The position numbers and the translations under genes are program-made. From Betaproteobacteria bacterium (GTDB taxonomy: Bacteria; Pseudomonadota; Gammaproteobacteria; Burkholderiales; SG8-39), in contig JANMSV010000211.1 in assembly GCA_031389685.1 (NCBI GenBank), positions 2,263-66,262 on the forward strand: DNA of 64,000 nt, written 5' to 3'. The notes beneath the pieces are model-generated. The model worked only from the letters and a program-made list of their open reading frames with translations, made no database searches and was not told the origin of the DNA. Below, one piece after another: positions 10,170 to 21,689 of this stretch (position 1 is the stretch's first letter; each line of letters opens with the position of its first letter).

Positions 10170-11381
10170 ATGGCAGGACCGCTGTCGCAAGTAAGGGTGC
10201 TCGATCTGTCGCGCGTGCTGGCCGGCCCCTGGGCCGGGCAGAACCTCGCCGACCTGGGCGCCGAAGTGATCAAGGTCGAGCGCCCGAAGGTCGGCGACGA
10301 CTCGCGCGCCTTCGGGCCGCCGTGGGTGAAGGACAAGGCGGGCAAGGACACTAAGGACTCCGCCTATTTCACCTCCGCCAACCGCGGCAAGAAATCGATC
10401 ACGGTGAACATCTCGATCCCGGCCGGCCAGGGGATCGTGCGGGAACTCGCGCGCGCCTCCGACGTGCTGATCGAGAACTACAAGTACGGCGATCTCGCGC
10501 GCTACGGGCTGGGCTACGACGACCTCAAGGCGATCAACCCGCGCCTCATTTACTGCTCGGTCACCGGCTTCGGCCAGAGCGGCCCTTACCGCGAACGGCC
10601 CGGCTACGACTTCATGATCCAGGGCATGGGCGGCATGATGAGCGTCACCGGCGAGCACGGCGGCGAGCCGATGCGCGCCGGGGTGCCGGTGGCGGACATC
10701 ATCACCGGGATGTATGCCTCGATCGCGATCTGCGCGGCGCTCGCGCACCGCGCCGAGTCAGGCAAGGGCCAGCACCTGGACCTCGCGCTGCTCGACTCGC
10801 AGATCGCGCTGCTCGCCTACCAGAACACCAACTACTTCGCGACCGGCAAGCCGCCTTCGCGTATCGGCAACCTTCACCCGAACATCGTGCCCTACCAGCC
10901 TTTCCATACCGCCGACGGAGAGGTGATCATCGCCTGCGGCAACGACAACCAGTACCGCAAGTTCTGCGAGGCGGCCGGCTGCCTCGAGCTGGCGGGCGAT
11001 GCGCGCTTCGCCACCAACGGCAAGCGCGTGGAGAACCGCGGCGAGCTGACGCGGCTGCTGCAGGAGATCTTCAGTCGCCGCTCGACACACGAATGGCTCG
11101 AGCTGCTGGAAGCCGCCGGGGTACCCAACGGCCCGATCAACAACGTGGCGCAGGTGTTCGAGGAGCCGCAGGTGCGCGCGCGCGGCGTGCGCGTCGAACT
11201 GGAGCACGCCGCCGCGGGCAAGCTGCCGACGGTGGCGAGTCCGATGCGTTTCTCGGGCACGCCGGTGGAACACAAGCTTGCGCCGCCGCTCCTCGGCGAG
11301 CACACCGAGGAGATCCTGCGCGAGCGCCTCGGCAAGAGCGCCGCACAGATCGCGGCGCTGCGTGCCGAGGGGGCGATCTAG
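10170..11381 (+). CDS. family III CoA-transferase (CaiB/BaiF)
   Basis: N-terminus VRVLDLSRVLAGPWAGQNLADLGAEVIKVERP is the hallmark of family III CoA-transferases. GGGAGGA Shine-Dalgarno upstream. Confidence 0.85.
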   Translation: MAGPLSQVRVLDLSRVLAGPWAGQNLADLGAEVIKVERPKVGDDSRAFGPPWVKDKAGKDTKDSAYFTSANRGKKSITVNISIPAGQGIVRELARASDVLIENYKYGDLARYGLGYDDLKAINPRLIYCSVTGFGQSGPYRERPGYDFMIQGMGGMMSVTGEHGGEPMRAGVPVADIITGMYASIAICAALAHRAESGKGQHLDLALLDSQIALLAYQNTNYFATGKPPSRIGNLHPNIVPYQPFHTADGEVIIACGNDNQYRKFCEAAGCLELAGDARFATNGKRVENRGELTRLLQEIFSRRSTHEWLELLEAAGVPNGPINNVAQVFEEPQVRARGVRVELEHAAAGKLPTVASPMRFSGTPVEHKLAPPLLGEHTEEILRERLGKSAAQIAALRAEGAI

Positions 11382-11385
11382 ACGC

Positions 11386-12351
11386 TCAGTTGTCGACCTT
11401 GGCGCCGGCGTCCTTGACCACCTTGGCCCACTTCACAATCTCAGTGCGAACCAGCTTGGTCATGTCTTGCTGCGACATGCCGCCGGGATCGGCGCCTTGC
11501 TCGGCCCAGATGTTTTTCAGCTGAGGCGTATCCATCGCCGCGACCACTTCCTTCCACATGCGGTCCTTGATCGGCTGCGGCGTACCCTTCAGCGCCCAAA
11601 GGCCATACCAGGTTCGCACCTCGTAACCAGGTACCCCAGCTTCGCCCATGGTCGGCACGTTCGGTAGCACGGGGTTGCGCCGCTGGCTGGTGACTGCAAG
11701 CGGGATCAGCTTGCCGGCCCTGATCTGGTTGGAGGAGGTGCCCATGCCGTCGAAGGCGAGGTCCACCTGGCCGGCGAGCAGATCGATCATCAGCGGGCCT
11801 GCGCCGCGGTAGGGGATATGGACCATGAAGGTGTTCGTCATGGTCTTGAACAGCTCGACCGACAGATGGTGCGTGGTGCCGCTGCCGGCGGAACCGTAGT
11901 TAAGGCGTCCCGGATTGGCTTTCGCGTAGTCGATCAGGTCCTTCAGCGTCTTGAATTTGTCGGCGTGCTTGGGGTGCACCACGACGACGTTCGGGATGAA
12001 CGCCGCGACCGTGATCGGCTCGAAGTCCTTTTCCAGGCTGTAGGCCAGGCGGGTGTAGAGACTCTCCGCGATGGTGTGATGCACGGCGCCGAAAAACCAG
12101 TTGTAGCCGTCAGGCGCGCGCTTGACCACGTTCGCCGCGCCGACTGTCCCGCCGGCGCCGCCCTGATTCTCGACGATCACCGACTGCCCGATGGTCTGCG
12201 ACACGTGCGCTGCGATCGGCCGCGCGAAAGTGTCGGTGCCGCCGCCTGCCGGGAACGGATTCAGAAATGTGACGGGCTTGGTCGGCCAGTTTTGCGCCGA
12301 AACGGTAGCACTGGCGAACGCGAGCGCCAGCAAGGCTGTGAATCTGAGCAT
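11386..12351 (-). CDS. Bug/TctC-family tripartite tricarboxylate transporter substrate-binding protein (orphan)
   Basis: Signal peptide MLRFTALLALAFASATVSAQ, then the Bug-family motif FPAGGGTDTFARP. Start ATG 12351, not the upstream extension to 12495. No tctA/tctB nearby. Confidence 0.85.
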   Translation of the reverse strand: MLRFTALLALAFASATVSAQNWPTKPVTFLNPFPAGGGTDTFARPIAAHVSQTIGQSVIVENQGGAGGTVGAANVVKRAPDGYNWFFGAVHHTIAESLYTRLAYSLEKDFEPITVAAFIPNVVVVHPKHADKFKTLKDLIDYAKANPGRLNYGSAGSGTTHHLSVELFKTMTNTFMVHIPYRGAGPLMIDLLAGQVDLAFDGMGTSSNQIRAGKLIPLAVTSQRRNPVLPNVPTMGEAGVPGYEVRTWYGLWALKGTPQPIKDRMWKEVVAAMDTPQLKNIWAEQGADPGGMSQQDMTKLVRTEIVKWAKVVKDAGAKVDN

Positions 12352-12376
12352 TGTCCCCTCTCCTGAGATTGTGGTG

Positions 12377-13573
12377 TTACGCCGCGGCGCGTGCCGGTTT
12401 GGCCCGGCACTCCGCCAGATACTGCATCGCTGCCTGCACGCCGTCTCTCCTGCACGGCACACCGGCAAGCGCAAGGCCCATCTCCACCCCCGCAAGTGTA
12501 CCCATCAACGCCAGGTCATTGAAGTCGCCGAGGTGCCCGATGCGAAATACCTTGCCGGCGAGCTTGCCCAGCCCGGTGCCCAGCGACATATCGAAGTTTT
12601 CCAGGATCACCTCGCGCACGCGGTCGGCGTCCTGACCTGCCGGCAGCACCACCGCGGTAAGGGCCCCGCTGTACTCTGCCGGATTTGCCGCCAGCACCTC
12701 CAGGCCCCAGGCGCGCACCGCACGCCGCGTGGCCTCGGCGTGCCGCTGGTGGCGCGCGAAGACGTTCTCCAGTCCCTCTTCCTCGAGCAGCATGACCAGC
12801 GCCTCGCGCAGGCCGTAGAGCAGGTTGGTCGCCGGCGTATAGGGGAAGTAGCCGCCCTTGCCGTTGGCGATCATCTCGTCCCAGGCCCAGTAGGCGCGCG
12901 GCAGACGCGCCGACTTCGAGGCGGCGAGCGCTTTGGTCGAGATCGCGTTGAAAGACAGCCCCGGGGGCAGCATCAGGCCTTTTTGCGAGCCGCCCACCGT
13001 GACGTCGACGCCCCATTCATCGTGGCGGTAGTCGATCGATGCGAGTGAGGAAATGGTGTCCACCATCAGAAGTGCCGGGTGTTGCGCCGCGTCGATAGCT
13101 TTGCGAACTTCGCCAATGCGCGAGGTGACGCCGGTCGAGGTCTCGTTGTGCACCACGCATGCGGCCTTGATCCGGTGCTCGCGATCCGCGCGCAGGCGCT
13201 GCTCGATGCGTGCCGCATCGGCGCCGGTGCGCCAGTCGCCGGCGAGAAACTCCGGCGCAAGGCCGAGCTTTTGCGCCATCTTGTGCCACAGCGTGGCGAA
13301 GTGGCCTGTTTCGTACATCAGCACGGCGTCCCCGGGCGAGAGGGTGTTGACGAGCGCCGCTTCCCAGGCGCCGGTACCCGAGGCAGGGTAAATCACCACC
13401 TCACCCTTGGTTTTGAATACGCGCTTCATGCCCGCAAGAACCGCTTTGCCCAGATCGGCGAAATCGGGCCCCCGGTGGTCCATCGTGGGGAAGTCGATGG
13501 CGCGCAGTACCCGATCAGGAACGTTGGTCGGGCCTGGGATCTGCAGGAAATGGCGCCCAGGGTTACGAGACAT
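12377..13573 (-). CDS. class V aminotransferase (serine/alanine-glyoxylate or serine-pyruvate type)
   Basis: N-terminus HFLQIPGPTNVPDRVL, SGTGAWEAA, and PLP-lysine context GGSQKGLMLPPG. Confidence 0.85.
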   Translation of the reverse strand: MSRNPGRHFLQIPGPTNVPDRVLRAIDFPTMDHRGPDFADLGKAVLAGMKRVFKTKGEVVIYPASGTGAWEAALVNTLSPGDAVLMYETGHFATLWHKMAQKLGLAPEFLAGDWRTGADAARIEQRLRADREHRIKAACVVHNETSTGVTSRIGEVRKAIDAAQHPALLMVDTISSLASIDYRHDEWGVDVTVGGSQKGLMLPPGLSFNAISTKALAASKSARLPRAYWAWDEMIANGKGGYFPYTPATNLLYGLREALVMLLEEEGLENVFARHQRHAEATRRAVRAWGLEVLAANPAEYSGALTAVVLPAGQDADRVREVILENFDMSLGTGLGKLAGKVFRIGHLGDFNDLALMGTLAGVEMGLALAGVPCRRDGVQAAMQYLAECRAKPARAAA

Positions 13574-13590
13574 GGATCTCTCCTTTCTTT

Positions 13591-13601
13591 GTATGCAATA
13601 C
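13591..13601. promoter_or_regulatory. candidate GntR/FadR-type operator (GTATgcaATAC)
   Basis: Inverted repeat with GTAT/ATAC half-sites in the divergent spacer between the aminotransferase and the GntR gene. Confidence 0.35.
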
Positions 13602-13650
13602 TGTCAGAACTGTCATCGTACCTGGCAAGACTTGCGTTTATGGCGTAATT

Positions 13651-13669
13651 TTTGTATTCTGCATACAAA
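13651..13669. promoter_or_regulatory. candidate GntR/FadR-type operator (TTTGTATtctgcATACAAA)
   Basis: Perfect 7-bp arms with a 5-nt spacer. Shares GTAT/ATAC half-sites with 13591-13601 and abuts the GntR ATG at 13670. Confidence 0.4.
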
Positions 13670-14350
13670 ATGGCAAACGTGCAAGACGTTACCCCAATCG
13701 TGCGCCGGCCTCTCCATGAAGAGGCGACCGACCGCCTTCGGGACTTGATCGTACAAGGCCAGGTTGCGCCCGGCGGCCGGCTAAACGAGCGACTGCTGAG
13801 TGCCCAACTAGGCCTGTCGCGCACGCCCTTGCGCGAGGCCATCAAGGTACTCGCCACCGAGGGTCTGGTCGAGTTGCTGCCGAACCGTGGCGCCATCGTC
13901 TCGCACATGGATGCGGCGCGCCTGTCCGAGACCCTCGCGGTCATGGGGGTGCTGGAGGCGCTCGCCGGCGAGCTCGCCTGCCTCAACGCCACCGACGCAC
14001 AGATCAACGAGATCCGCGCGCTGCATTACGAGATGCTTGCCTACCACGCCCGCAGCGATCTCGCCGGCTACTTCAAGTTCAACCAGGCGATCCATCTGAA
14101 GATCGTGAAATACTCCGGCAACGCCGTGCTCTTCAACACTTACCGCCAATTGAACGGCAACGTGCGCCGCGCGCGCTACATGGCGAACCTGTCGAAGGAG
14201 CGCTGGGACGCGGCGGTGCGCGAGCACGACGATATCCTCGCCGCGCTCGGCGCGCGGGACGTGAAGCGCATCAAGTCGCTGCTTTCCGACCACCTGGCGC
14301 ACAAGCTCTCAAGCGTGCTCGCGGCGCTGCCGTCGCGCCAGGCGGCGTGA
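13670..14350 (+). CDS. GntR-family transcriptional regulator (FadR/FCD subfamily)
   Basis: N-terminal winged HTH (LSAQLGLSRTPLREAIKVLATEGLVELLPNRGAIV) plus an all-helical FCD-type C-terminal domain. The TTG at 13652 is a less likely start. Confidence 0.85.
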   Translation: MANVQDVTPIVRRPLHEEATDRLRDLIVQGQVAPGGRLNERLLSAQLGLSRTPLREAIKVLATEGLVELLPNRGAIVSHMDAARLSETLAVMGVLEALAGELACLNATDAQINEIRALHYEMLAYHARSDLAGYFKFNQAIHLKIVKYSGNAVLFNTYRQLNGNVRRARYMANLSKERWDAAVREHDDILAALGARDVKRIKSLLSDHLAHKLSSVLAALPSRQAA

Positions 14351-17208
14351 ACACCCCCATCCCCATCAGGCTGGCAAAGGCGGATGCGGGCGACGCCCCG
14401 TTCGCGCAGCGCCTGCGGCGCGAAGTCGACGGCGAAGTCCTGTTCGACGCCGCCTCGCGCGGACGCTACGCCACCGACGCCTCGATCTACCAGATCGAGC
14501 CGATCGGTGTCGTCGTGCCACGCACCGAGGAGGCTGCACGGACGGCGATCGCCATCGCGGCCGACGCGGGCGTGCCGCTGTTGCCGCGCGGCGCCGGCAG
14601 CTCGCAGTGCGGGCAGGCCGTAGGCGCGGCGCTGGTCATCGACAGCTCGAAGTACCTCAATCGCCTGCTCGAGTTCGACGCAGCAGAGGCACGCGCGGTC
14701 GTGCAACCCGGGTTGGTACTCGACGCGCTCAACGCGCAGCTACGGGCGCATGGCCTTTGGTTCCCGGTGGATGTGTCTACGAGTGCCCAGGCGACGCTCG
14801 GCGGCATGGCGGGCAACAACTCCTGCGGCTCGCGCTCCATCGCCTACGGCAACATGGTGCACAACGTGCTCGCCATCGACGCGCTCGGCAGCGACGGCAT
14901 CGCGCGGCGCTTCGGGCCGATGACCGACGACTCGGAGTTGACCAGGAGACTGCGTGCGCTCTACGAGCGCGAAAAGGACGAGATCGCGGCACGCTTTCCG
15001 CAGGTGCTGCGCAAAGTCGCCGGCTATAACCTCGAGCACCTCGGCCCGCCGCACGAAAATTCGGCGCACCTGCTGGTCGGCTCCGAAGGCACGCTCGCCT
15101 GGTTCGAGCGCCTGCATCTCAAGCTCAGCCCGCTGCCCGCGCACCGCGTGCTCGGCGTCTGCCACTTCCCGAAGTTCTACACCGCGATGGACCTGACCCA
15201 GCACATCGTGAAGCTGGGACCTTCCGCGGTGGAACTGGTGGACCGTACGATGATCGACCTGGCGCGTGACATCGCCGCTTTCCGTGCCACGGTGGACACG
15301 GTGATCCGCGGCGCGCCCGACGCCATTCTGCTGGTGGAGTTTTCCGGCGAGGACCAGGCGGCGCTGCTGGCCAAGTTGCAGCAACTGGTGCAGCTGATGG
15401 GCGACCTGGGTTTGCCAGGCAGCGTGGTCGAGCTAACCGATGCGCAGCTGCAAAAGGACGTATGGGAGGTGCGCAAGGCCGGCCTCAACATCATGATGTC
15501 GATGAAAGGTGACGGCAAACCGGTGTCATTCATCGAGGACTGCGCGGTACCCCTCGAGCACCTCGCCGAGTACACCGAGCGCCTTACGCGGGTGTTCGAG
15601 AAGCACGGCACGCGCGGCACCTGGTACGCGCACGCCTCGGTCGGCACCCTGCACGTGCGGCCGATCCTCGACATGCGCCGGGACGGCGCCGCCAAGATGC
15701 GCGCCATTGCCGAGGAAGCCTGCGCCATGGTCAAGCAGTACAAGGGCGCGTACTCGGGCGAGCACGGCGATGGCCTGGTGCGCTCGGAATGGATCGCGCC
15801 ATTCTTCGGGCCGCGGCTCACCGCGTGCCTGGGCGAGATCAAGTCCTGGCTCGATCCCCGCGGCCTGATGAATCCCGGCAAGATCGTCAATCCGCCAAAA
15901 ATGGACGACGCGTCGCTGTTTCGCTTCAAGCCGGGTTATGCCACGCAGGTGCCAAATGCGGCCCTCGACTGGAGCGAGTGGGGCGGCTTCGACAAGGCCG
16001 TGGAGATGTGCAACAACAATGGCCATTGCCGAAAATTCGACGCCGGAACGATGTGCCCGTCTTTTCGAGCCACGGGCGACGAGCAGCATCTGACGCGCGG
16101 CCGCGCCAATACGCTGCGTCTGGCGCTCTCCGGGCAGCTCGGGCCGCGGCCGGATGCGGCGCTCAAGGAGGCGTTCGACCTGTGCTTGTCCTGCAAGGGC
16201 TGCAAGCGCGAGTGCCCCACCGGCGTGGACATGGCGCGCATGAAGATCGAATTCCTCGCGCAGTACCGCAAGCGGCATCGCCTGAGCCTGCGTGAGCGCC
16301 TGGTCGCGTACCTGCCGCGCTACGCGCCCTGGGCGGCACGCCTGGCGCCGCTCGCCAACCTCGGCAATGCTCTGCCCGGCCTGCGCGAGCGGCTTACGGG
16401 ATTTTCCGCACGACGCAAGCTGCCGCTTTGGCGCAGCAACTGGTTTATCGACCGCGTCTGGCCCAAGCGCGGCAGCCACGAGGTGGTGCTCCTGGTAGAC
16501 ACATTCAACCGCTACTTCGAGCCCGAGAACGCGCGTGCCGCGATCCGCGTGCTCGAGGCCGCGGGCTTCCGTGTGCACGTGGCGCAGCCAGCCATCGGCG
16601 AGCGGCCCCTGTGCTGCGGCCGTACGTTCCTTTCGGTCGGGCTGGTCGAGGAGGCGAAACGCGAGGCGCGTCGCGTGCTCGAGGCGCTCGGCCCCTGGGT
16701 GGACAGCGGGGTGCCAATTCTGGGTCTCGAGCCTTCTTGCCTGTACACGCTGCGGGACGAGTACGGGGTGCTGCTTCCTGGGGCCAAAGCGCTAGCCGCG
16801 AACGCGTTTTTATTCGAGGAATTTCTCGCGCAAGAAGCGGACGCGGGCCGTCTCGAGTTGCGACTCAGGCCGCTCGAGCAGGAAGCGCTGCTGCACGGCC
16901 ACTGCCATCAGAAGGCGTTCGGCGCGATGGGCGCGGTGCAGCGCGTGCTCGGACTGGTGCCCGGGCTCAAGGTCACGAATGTCGAGTCGAGTTGCTGCGG
17001 CATGGCCGGCAGCTTCGGCTACGAGGCGGAGCACTACGAGATATCGATGAAAATGGCCGAATTGAATCTGCTGCCCGCGGTGCGGCGGGCAGGCGCCGCG
17101 ACGCTGATCGTCGCCGACGGCACCAGCTGCCGTCAGCAGATCGCCGACGGCAGCGAGCGACGCGCGCTACACGTGGCGCGCGTGCTTGAACGCGCGCTCG
17201 AGCGCTAG
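14347..17208 (+). CDS. FAD-binding and Fe-S-binding oxidoreductase (GlcD-GlcF fusion, YdiJ-like 2-hydroxyacid dehydrogenase)
   Basis: 953 aa. N-terminal FAD/PCMH domain (GAGSSQCGQA), central Cys clusters CNNNGHCRKFDAGTMCP and CLSCKGCKRECP, and C-terminal CCG-type repeats. GTG start overlaps the GntR stop. Confidence 0.85.
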   Translation: MNTPIPIRLAKADAGDAPFAQRLRREVDGEVLFDAASRGRYATDASIYQIEPIGVVVPRTEEAARTAIAIAADAGVPLLPRGAGSSQCGQAVGAALVIDSSKYLNRLLEFDAAEARAVVQPGLVLDALNAQLRAHGLWFPVDVSTSAQATLGGMAGNNSCGSRSIAYGNMVHNVLAIDALGSDGIARRFGPMTDDSELTRRLRALYEREKDEIAARFPQVLRKVAGYNLEHLGPPHENSAHLLVGSEGTLAWFERLHLKLSPLPAHRVLGVCHFPKFYTAMDLTQHIVKLGPSAVELVDRTMIDLARDIAAFRATVDTVIRGAPDAILLVEFSGEDQAALLAKLQQLVQLMGDLGLPGSVVELTDAQLQKDVWEVRKAGLNIMMSMKGDGKPVSFIEDCAVPLEHLAEYTERLTRVFEKHGTRGTWYAHASVGTLHVRPILDMRRDGAAKMRAIAEEACAMVKQYKGAYSGEHGDGLVRSEWIAPFFGPRLTACLGEIKSWLDPRGLMNPGKIVNPPKMDDASLFRFKPGYATQVPNAALDWSEWGGFDKAVEMCNNNGHCRKFDAGTMCPSFRATGDEQHLTRGRANTLRLALSGQLGPRPDAALKEAFDLCLSCKGCKRECPTGVDMARMKIEFLAQYRKRHRLSLRERLVAYLPRYAPWAARLAPLANLGNALPGLRERLTGFSARRKLPLWRSNWFIDRVWPKRGSHEVVLLVDTFNRYFEPENARAAIRVLEAAGFRVHVAQPAIGERPLCCGRTFLSVGLVEEAKREARRVLEALGPWVDSGVPILGLEPSCLYTLRDEYGVLLPGAKALAANAFLFEEFLAQEADAGRLELRLRPLEQEALLHGHCHQKAFGAMGAVQRVLGLVPGLKVTNVESSCCGMAGSFGYEAEHYEISMKMAELNLLPAVRRAGAATLIVADGTSCRQQIADGSERRALHVARVLERALER

Positions 17209-17209
17209 G

Positions 17210-18172
17210 CTAGCGCCACAGCTCCACCGCCACGCCGCGCTCGCGCAAGCGCTCTGCACGCGACTGGATGAAGCGCTGGAATGAGGGCTCGGTACGGTAG
17301 GCGCGGCCCGCCACATACTCGAGCGCCGAGGCGAAATGGAACGGCCGCAGGTAGGCCTCGACGCGGAACACTTCCCGGCCGCCGTCGAAGAACACGACAC
17401 TGGGCGTGTAAGACACCTGTAGCGCTCCCGCCCAGGTCGCGTCGGCATCGCGCCGTGTGTCCAGCGTCAGCCGGAACACGTCGAAACGCTCGAGCAGCTT
17501 GCGCACTTCCGGGCGCCTGAATGCCTCGCGGTGCAATTCATCGCATCCGGCGCAGTAGGGCGTCTCGAATACCAGGGCGACGGGCTTCTTGCGGGCGAGG
17601 TCCACCGGTAGCTTGAGGAAGAAGGGTTCGTCGTGCAAGGTTGGACTCGCGGATTCCTTCACCGCGGCGTTCATGTAGTCCTCAAAGCGCAGCCCTTTCC
17701 CGGCGCTGCCCGCTGCATAGTCGAGCGCCGCGGAAAGCCGGTGCGGCGGGTAGTAGCCGTTCAGGCGCACCACGACATCGCCCTTTTCGTCCAGGAACAT
17801 CAGCGTTGGCGTGAATTGCACGCGCAGCGCCTGCGCCAGCGCCTTTTCGCTCATCCTGCGGCCATCGGTCCAGGTCACTTCGCGGTCGCCCCAGACGTTG
17901 AACGCGATGGCGACGAAGTGCTTGCGCGTCTTTTCGACGATCGGCCGCTGCGTGAAATTGGTCTGCATCAACTGCGTGCAGTAGGGACAGCCGTCCTGGC
18001 CGAAGTACAGCATCAGTCGCTTGCCTTCGCGTGCCGCGTCGCGCGCGTCCTCGGAGATCTCGAGTAAGGTTTCCGTGAACCAGGCGGGGATATGGATGGC
18101 GTAAGGGCTTGGGCCCTGGGCACGCGCGCCCAGGGCCAGGAGGAACAGTGCGATCGCGCAAAGCCACTTCAT
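17210..18172 (-). CDS. secreted thioredoxin-fold protein with two thioredoxin-like domains
   Basis: Signal peptide [20 protein letters not shown] and two CxxC motifs (CPYC, CAGC). The ATG at 18172 overlaps the lgt stop (ATGA). The listed 430-aa ORF is an upstream extension. Confidence 0.7.
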   Translation of the reverse strand: MKWLCAIALFLLALGARAQGPSPYAIHIPAWFTETLLEISEDARDAAREGKRLMLYFGQDGCPYCTQLMQTNFTQRPIVEKTRKHFVAIAFNVWGDREVTWTDGRRMSEKALAQALRVQFTPTLMFLDEKGDVVVRLNGYYPPHRLSAALDYAAGSAGKGLRFEDYMNAAVKESASPTLHDEPFFLKLPVDLARKKPVALVFETPYCAGCDELHREAFRRPEVRKLLERFDVFRLTLDTRRDADATWAGALQVSYTPSVVFFDGGREVFRVEAYLRPFHFASALEYVAGRAYRTEPSFQRFIQSRAERLRERGVAVELWR

Positions 18173-18945
18173 TGTCGCCGCCGGCTCCAAGCGAACAGCG
18201 CGATGCCGGCCGCGATCATCGGCAGGCTGAGCCATTGGCCCATCGACAAGCCGAGCGCCAGCAGCCCGAGAAAATCGTCCGGTTCGCGCGCATATTCGGC
18301 CAGGAAGCGGAAGGCGCCGTAGCCGATCAGGAACATCGCCGACACCGCGCCGCGCGCGCGCGGCCTGGAGGAATACCACCACAACAGCACGAACAGCAGT
18401 ACGCCTTCCAACGCGAACTGGTAAAGCTGGGAAGGATGGCGCGGCGCATCGCCCGCGTCGCGGAACATCATGCCCCAGGGCGCGTCGGTGACCCGGCCCC
18501 ACAGCTCGCCGTTGATGAAATTACCCAGGCGCCCGGCGGCGAGGCCCGGCGGCACGAGCGGAACGATGAAGTCCACCAACCGCCACCAGTCCAAGCGCTG
18601 CCGCCAGGCGAAAAAGGCGCCCGCGGCGAGCACGCCGAGAAAGCCGCCGTGAAACGCCATGCCGCCCTGCCAGATGGCCAGGATCTCCAGCGGATGCGAG
18701 GCGTAGTACAGCGGCTTGTAGAACAGCACGTAGCCCAGGCGCCCGCCGAGGACGGTGCCGAGCACGCCGAGGAAGATCAGGTCGTCGAACTGCTGGCGCG
18801 TAACGGGCGCTGTGCCGCGCGCGATCCGCCGCCGGCCCAGCCACCACAGCATGCCGAACGCCGCCAGGTACATGAGGCCGTACCAGCGCACGGCGAGCGG
18901 GCCGATGGAAATCGCGATCGGGTCGAATTTCGGGTGGATCAGCAC
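18169..18945 (-). CDS. lgt: prolipoprotein diacylglyceryl transferase
   Basis: 258 aa with GTG start. [17 protein letters not shown] and [10 protein letters not shown] are typical Lgt sequences. Confidence 0.93.
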   Translation of the reverse strand: MLIHPKFDPIAISIGPLAVRWYGLMYLAAFGMLWWLGRRRIARGTAPVTRQQFDDLIFLGVLGTVLGGRLGYVLFYKPLYYASHPLEILAIWQGGMAFHGGFLGVLAAGAFFAWRQRLDWWRLVDFIVPLVPPGLAAGRLGNFINGELWGRVTDAPWGMMFRDAGDAPRHPSQLYQFALEGVLLFVLLWWYSSRPRARGAVSAMFLIGYGAFRFLAEYAREPDDFLGLLALGLSMGQWLSLPMIAAGIALFAWSRRRQ

Positions 18946-18946
18946 G

Positions 18947-18964
18947 GTAGAATTTGCATTCTAC
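18947..18964. promoter_or_regulatory. perfect inverted repeat GTAGAAT-ttgc-ATTCTAC in the 37-bp lgt/ilvD spacer
   Basis: Each arm reads TAGAAT (-10-like) on its own strand. The ilvD Shine-Dalgarno GGAGGA lies at 18969-18974. Confidence 0.35.
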
Positions 18965-18982
18965 GTCCGGAGGAAATGCAAT

Positions 18983-20656
<1,674 letters not shown>

Positions 20657-20668
<12 letters not shown>

Positions 20669-21199
20669 CCCGGGCTGCGCGAGAAATTCGATCTCGGCCG
20701 CAGTATTTTCGCGGCCGAGAGGGCCGTTGCGGTGCGGGAACCGGCCGAAGCGCTGGATGATCTCCCGGTGCCGGATCGCGTAGCGCAGTTGCTCCGCATC
20801 GAAGTCCTTCATCAAGTCACAAGACAGGACCTGGTCCGCCAGCGACTCGCTGTGTTCAAAGGGCAGGTAGGCGAACAGCTGCTCCGATCGCGTCATCTGA
20901 TTGTCCCAGCCCCGCTGCAGGATCACACGGGCGGCCGCTCGCGCCAGAGGGTCGGCCGCAAAGGCGCGCGCCTCGCCGCGGAAGATGTTGCGTGGAAACT
21001 GATCGACGGCGATCACCAGGGCGAGGCAGCTGCCCGGCTCGTCCGCCCAGTGCGCGAGTCGGCCCGCGACCGCCGCCTCGTGCAGGGCAAGGAAACGAGA
21101 ACGGATCTGCGCGTCGAATGACGGGTTCTTCACGAACCAATCCTTCGGGTGCTCCTCAAACCAGAAGCGCAAAATGTCAGCTGCGTCGGGGCCGCTCAT
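20657..21199 (-). CDS. DUF924 family protein
   Basis: ILRFWFEE...WF and [11 protein letters not shown]-like motifs ([16 protein letters not shown]) typical of DUF924. The 3' end overlaps ilvD by 12 nt (convergent). Confidence 0.8.
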
Positions 21200-21303
21200 T
21201 CAGTGCACTATAATGTCGTGAATTGCCGACAGGCTGCAGTTGACGCTAGATGCGAGCACAGACTAGTCTTTTTGACCCGCAGTCTACAAAGGAGAATCAA
21301 ACA

Positions 21304-21684
21304 ATGACAGTCCTCTTTCGTCGCGTAATGGCTGGTTTTCTGATCGTTTGCATGGGCGGACTCACTGTGCCCCTGCCGGCGCTGGCCGGGATTGTAGGTA
21401 CCGACACGGTCGTGGCGGGCGCGGAGCGCGAGCGCCTCGCGAGCGTGCTCGATCGGAGCGAGGTGCGAGTGCGGCTCCAGGCGCTGGGCGTGGACCCCGC
21501 GAACGCCAGGGCCCGGGTCGCGGCGCTCTCGGATGCGGAGGCCGCGCAGCTCGCCGCGCAAATGGACGAACTGCCGGCGGGCGGGGATCTGCTAGGCGCA
21601 GCGGTTCTGGTCTTCCTGGTGCTGCTGGCCACCGACATCATGGGGTACACCAAGATCTTCCCGTTCACGCGCTCGGCGCGCTGA
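21304..21684 (+). CDS. PA2779-family small exported/membrane-anchored protein
   Basis: Signal peptide, LQALGVDPANARARVAALSDAEAAQLA, LPAGGD, and a C-terminal TM ending TDIMGYTKIFPFTRSAR. AAGGAG Shine-Dalgarno at 21289-21294. Confidence 0.6.
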   Translation: MTVLFRRVMAGFLIVCMGGLTVPLPALAGIVGTDTVVAGAERERLASVLDRSEVRVRLQALGVDPANARARVAALSDAEAAQLAAQMDELPAGGDLLGAAVLVFLVLLATDIMGYTKIFPFTRSAR

Positions 21685-21689
21685 TCCCG

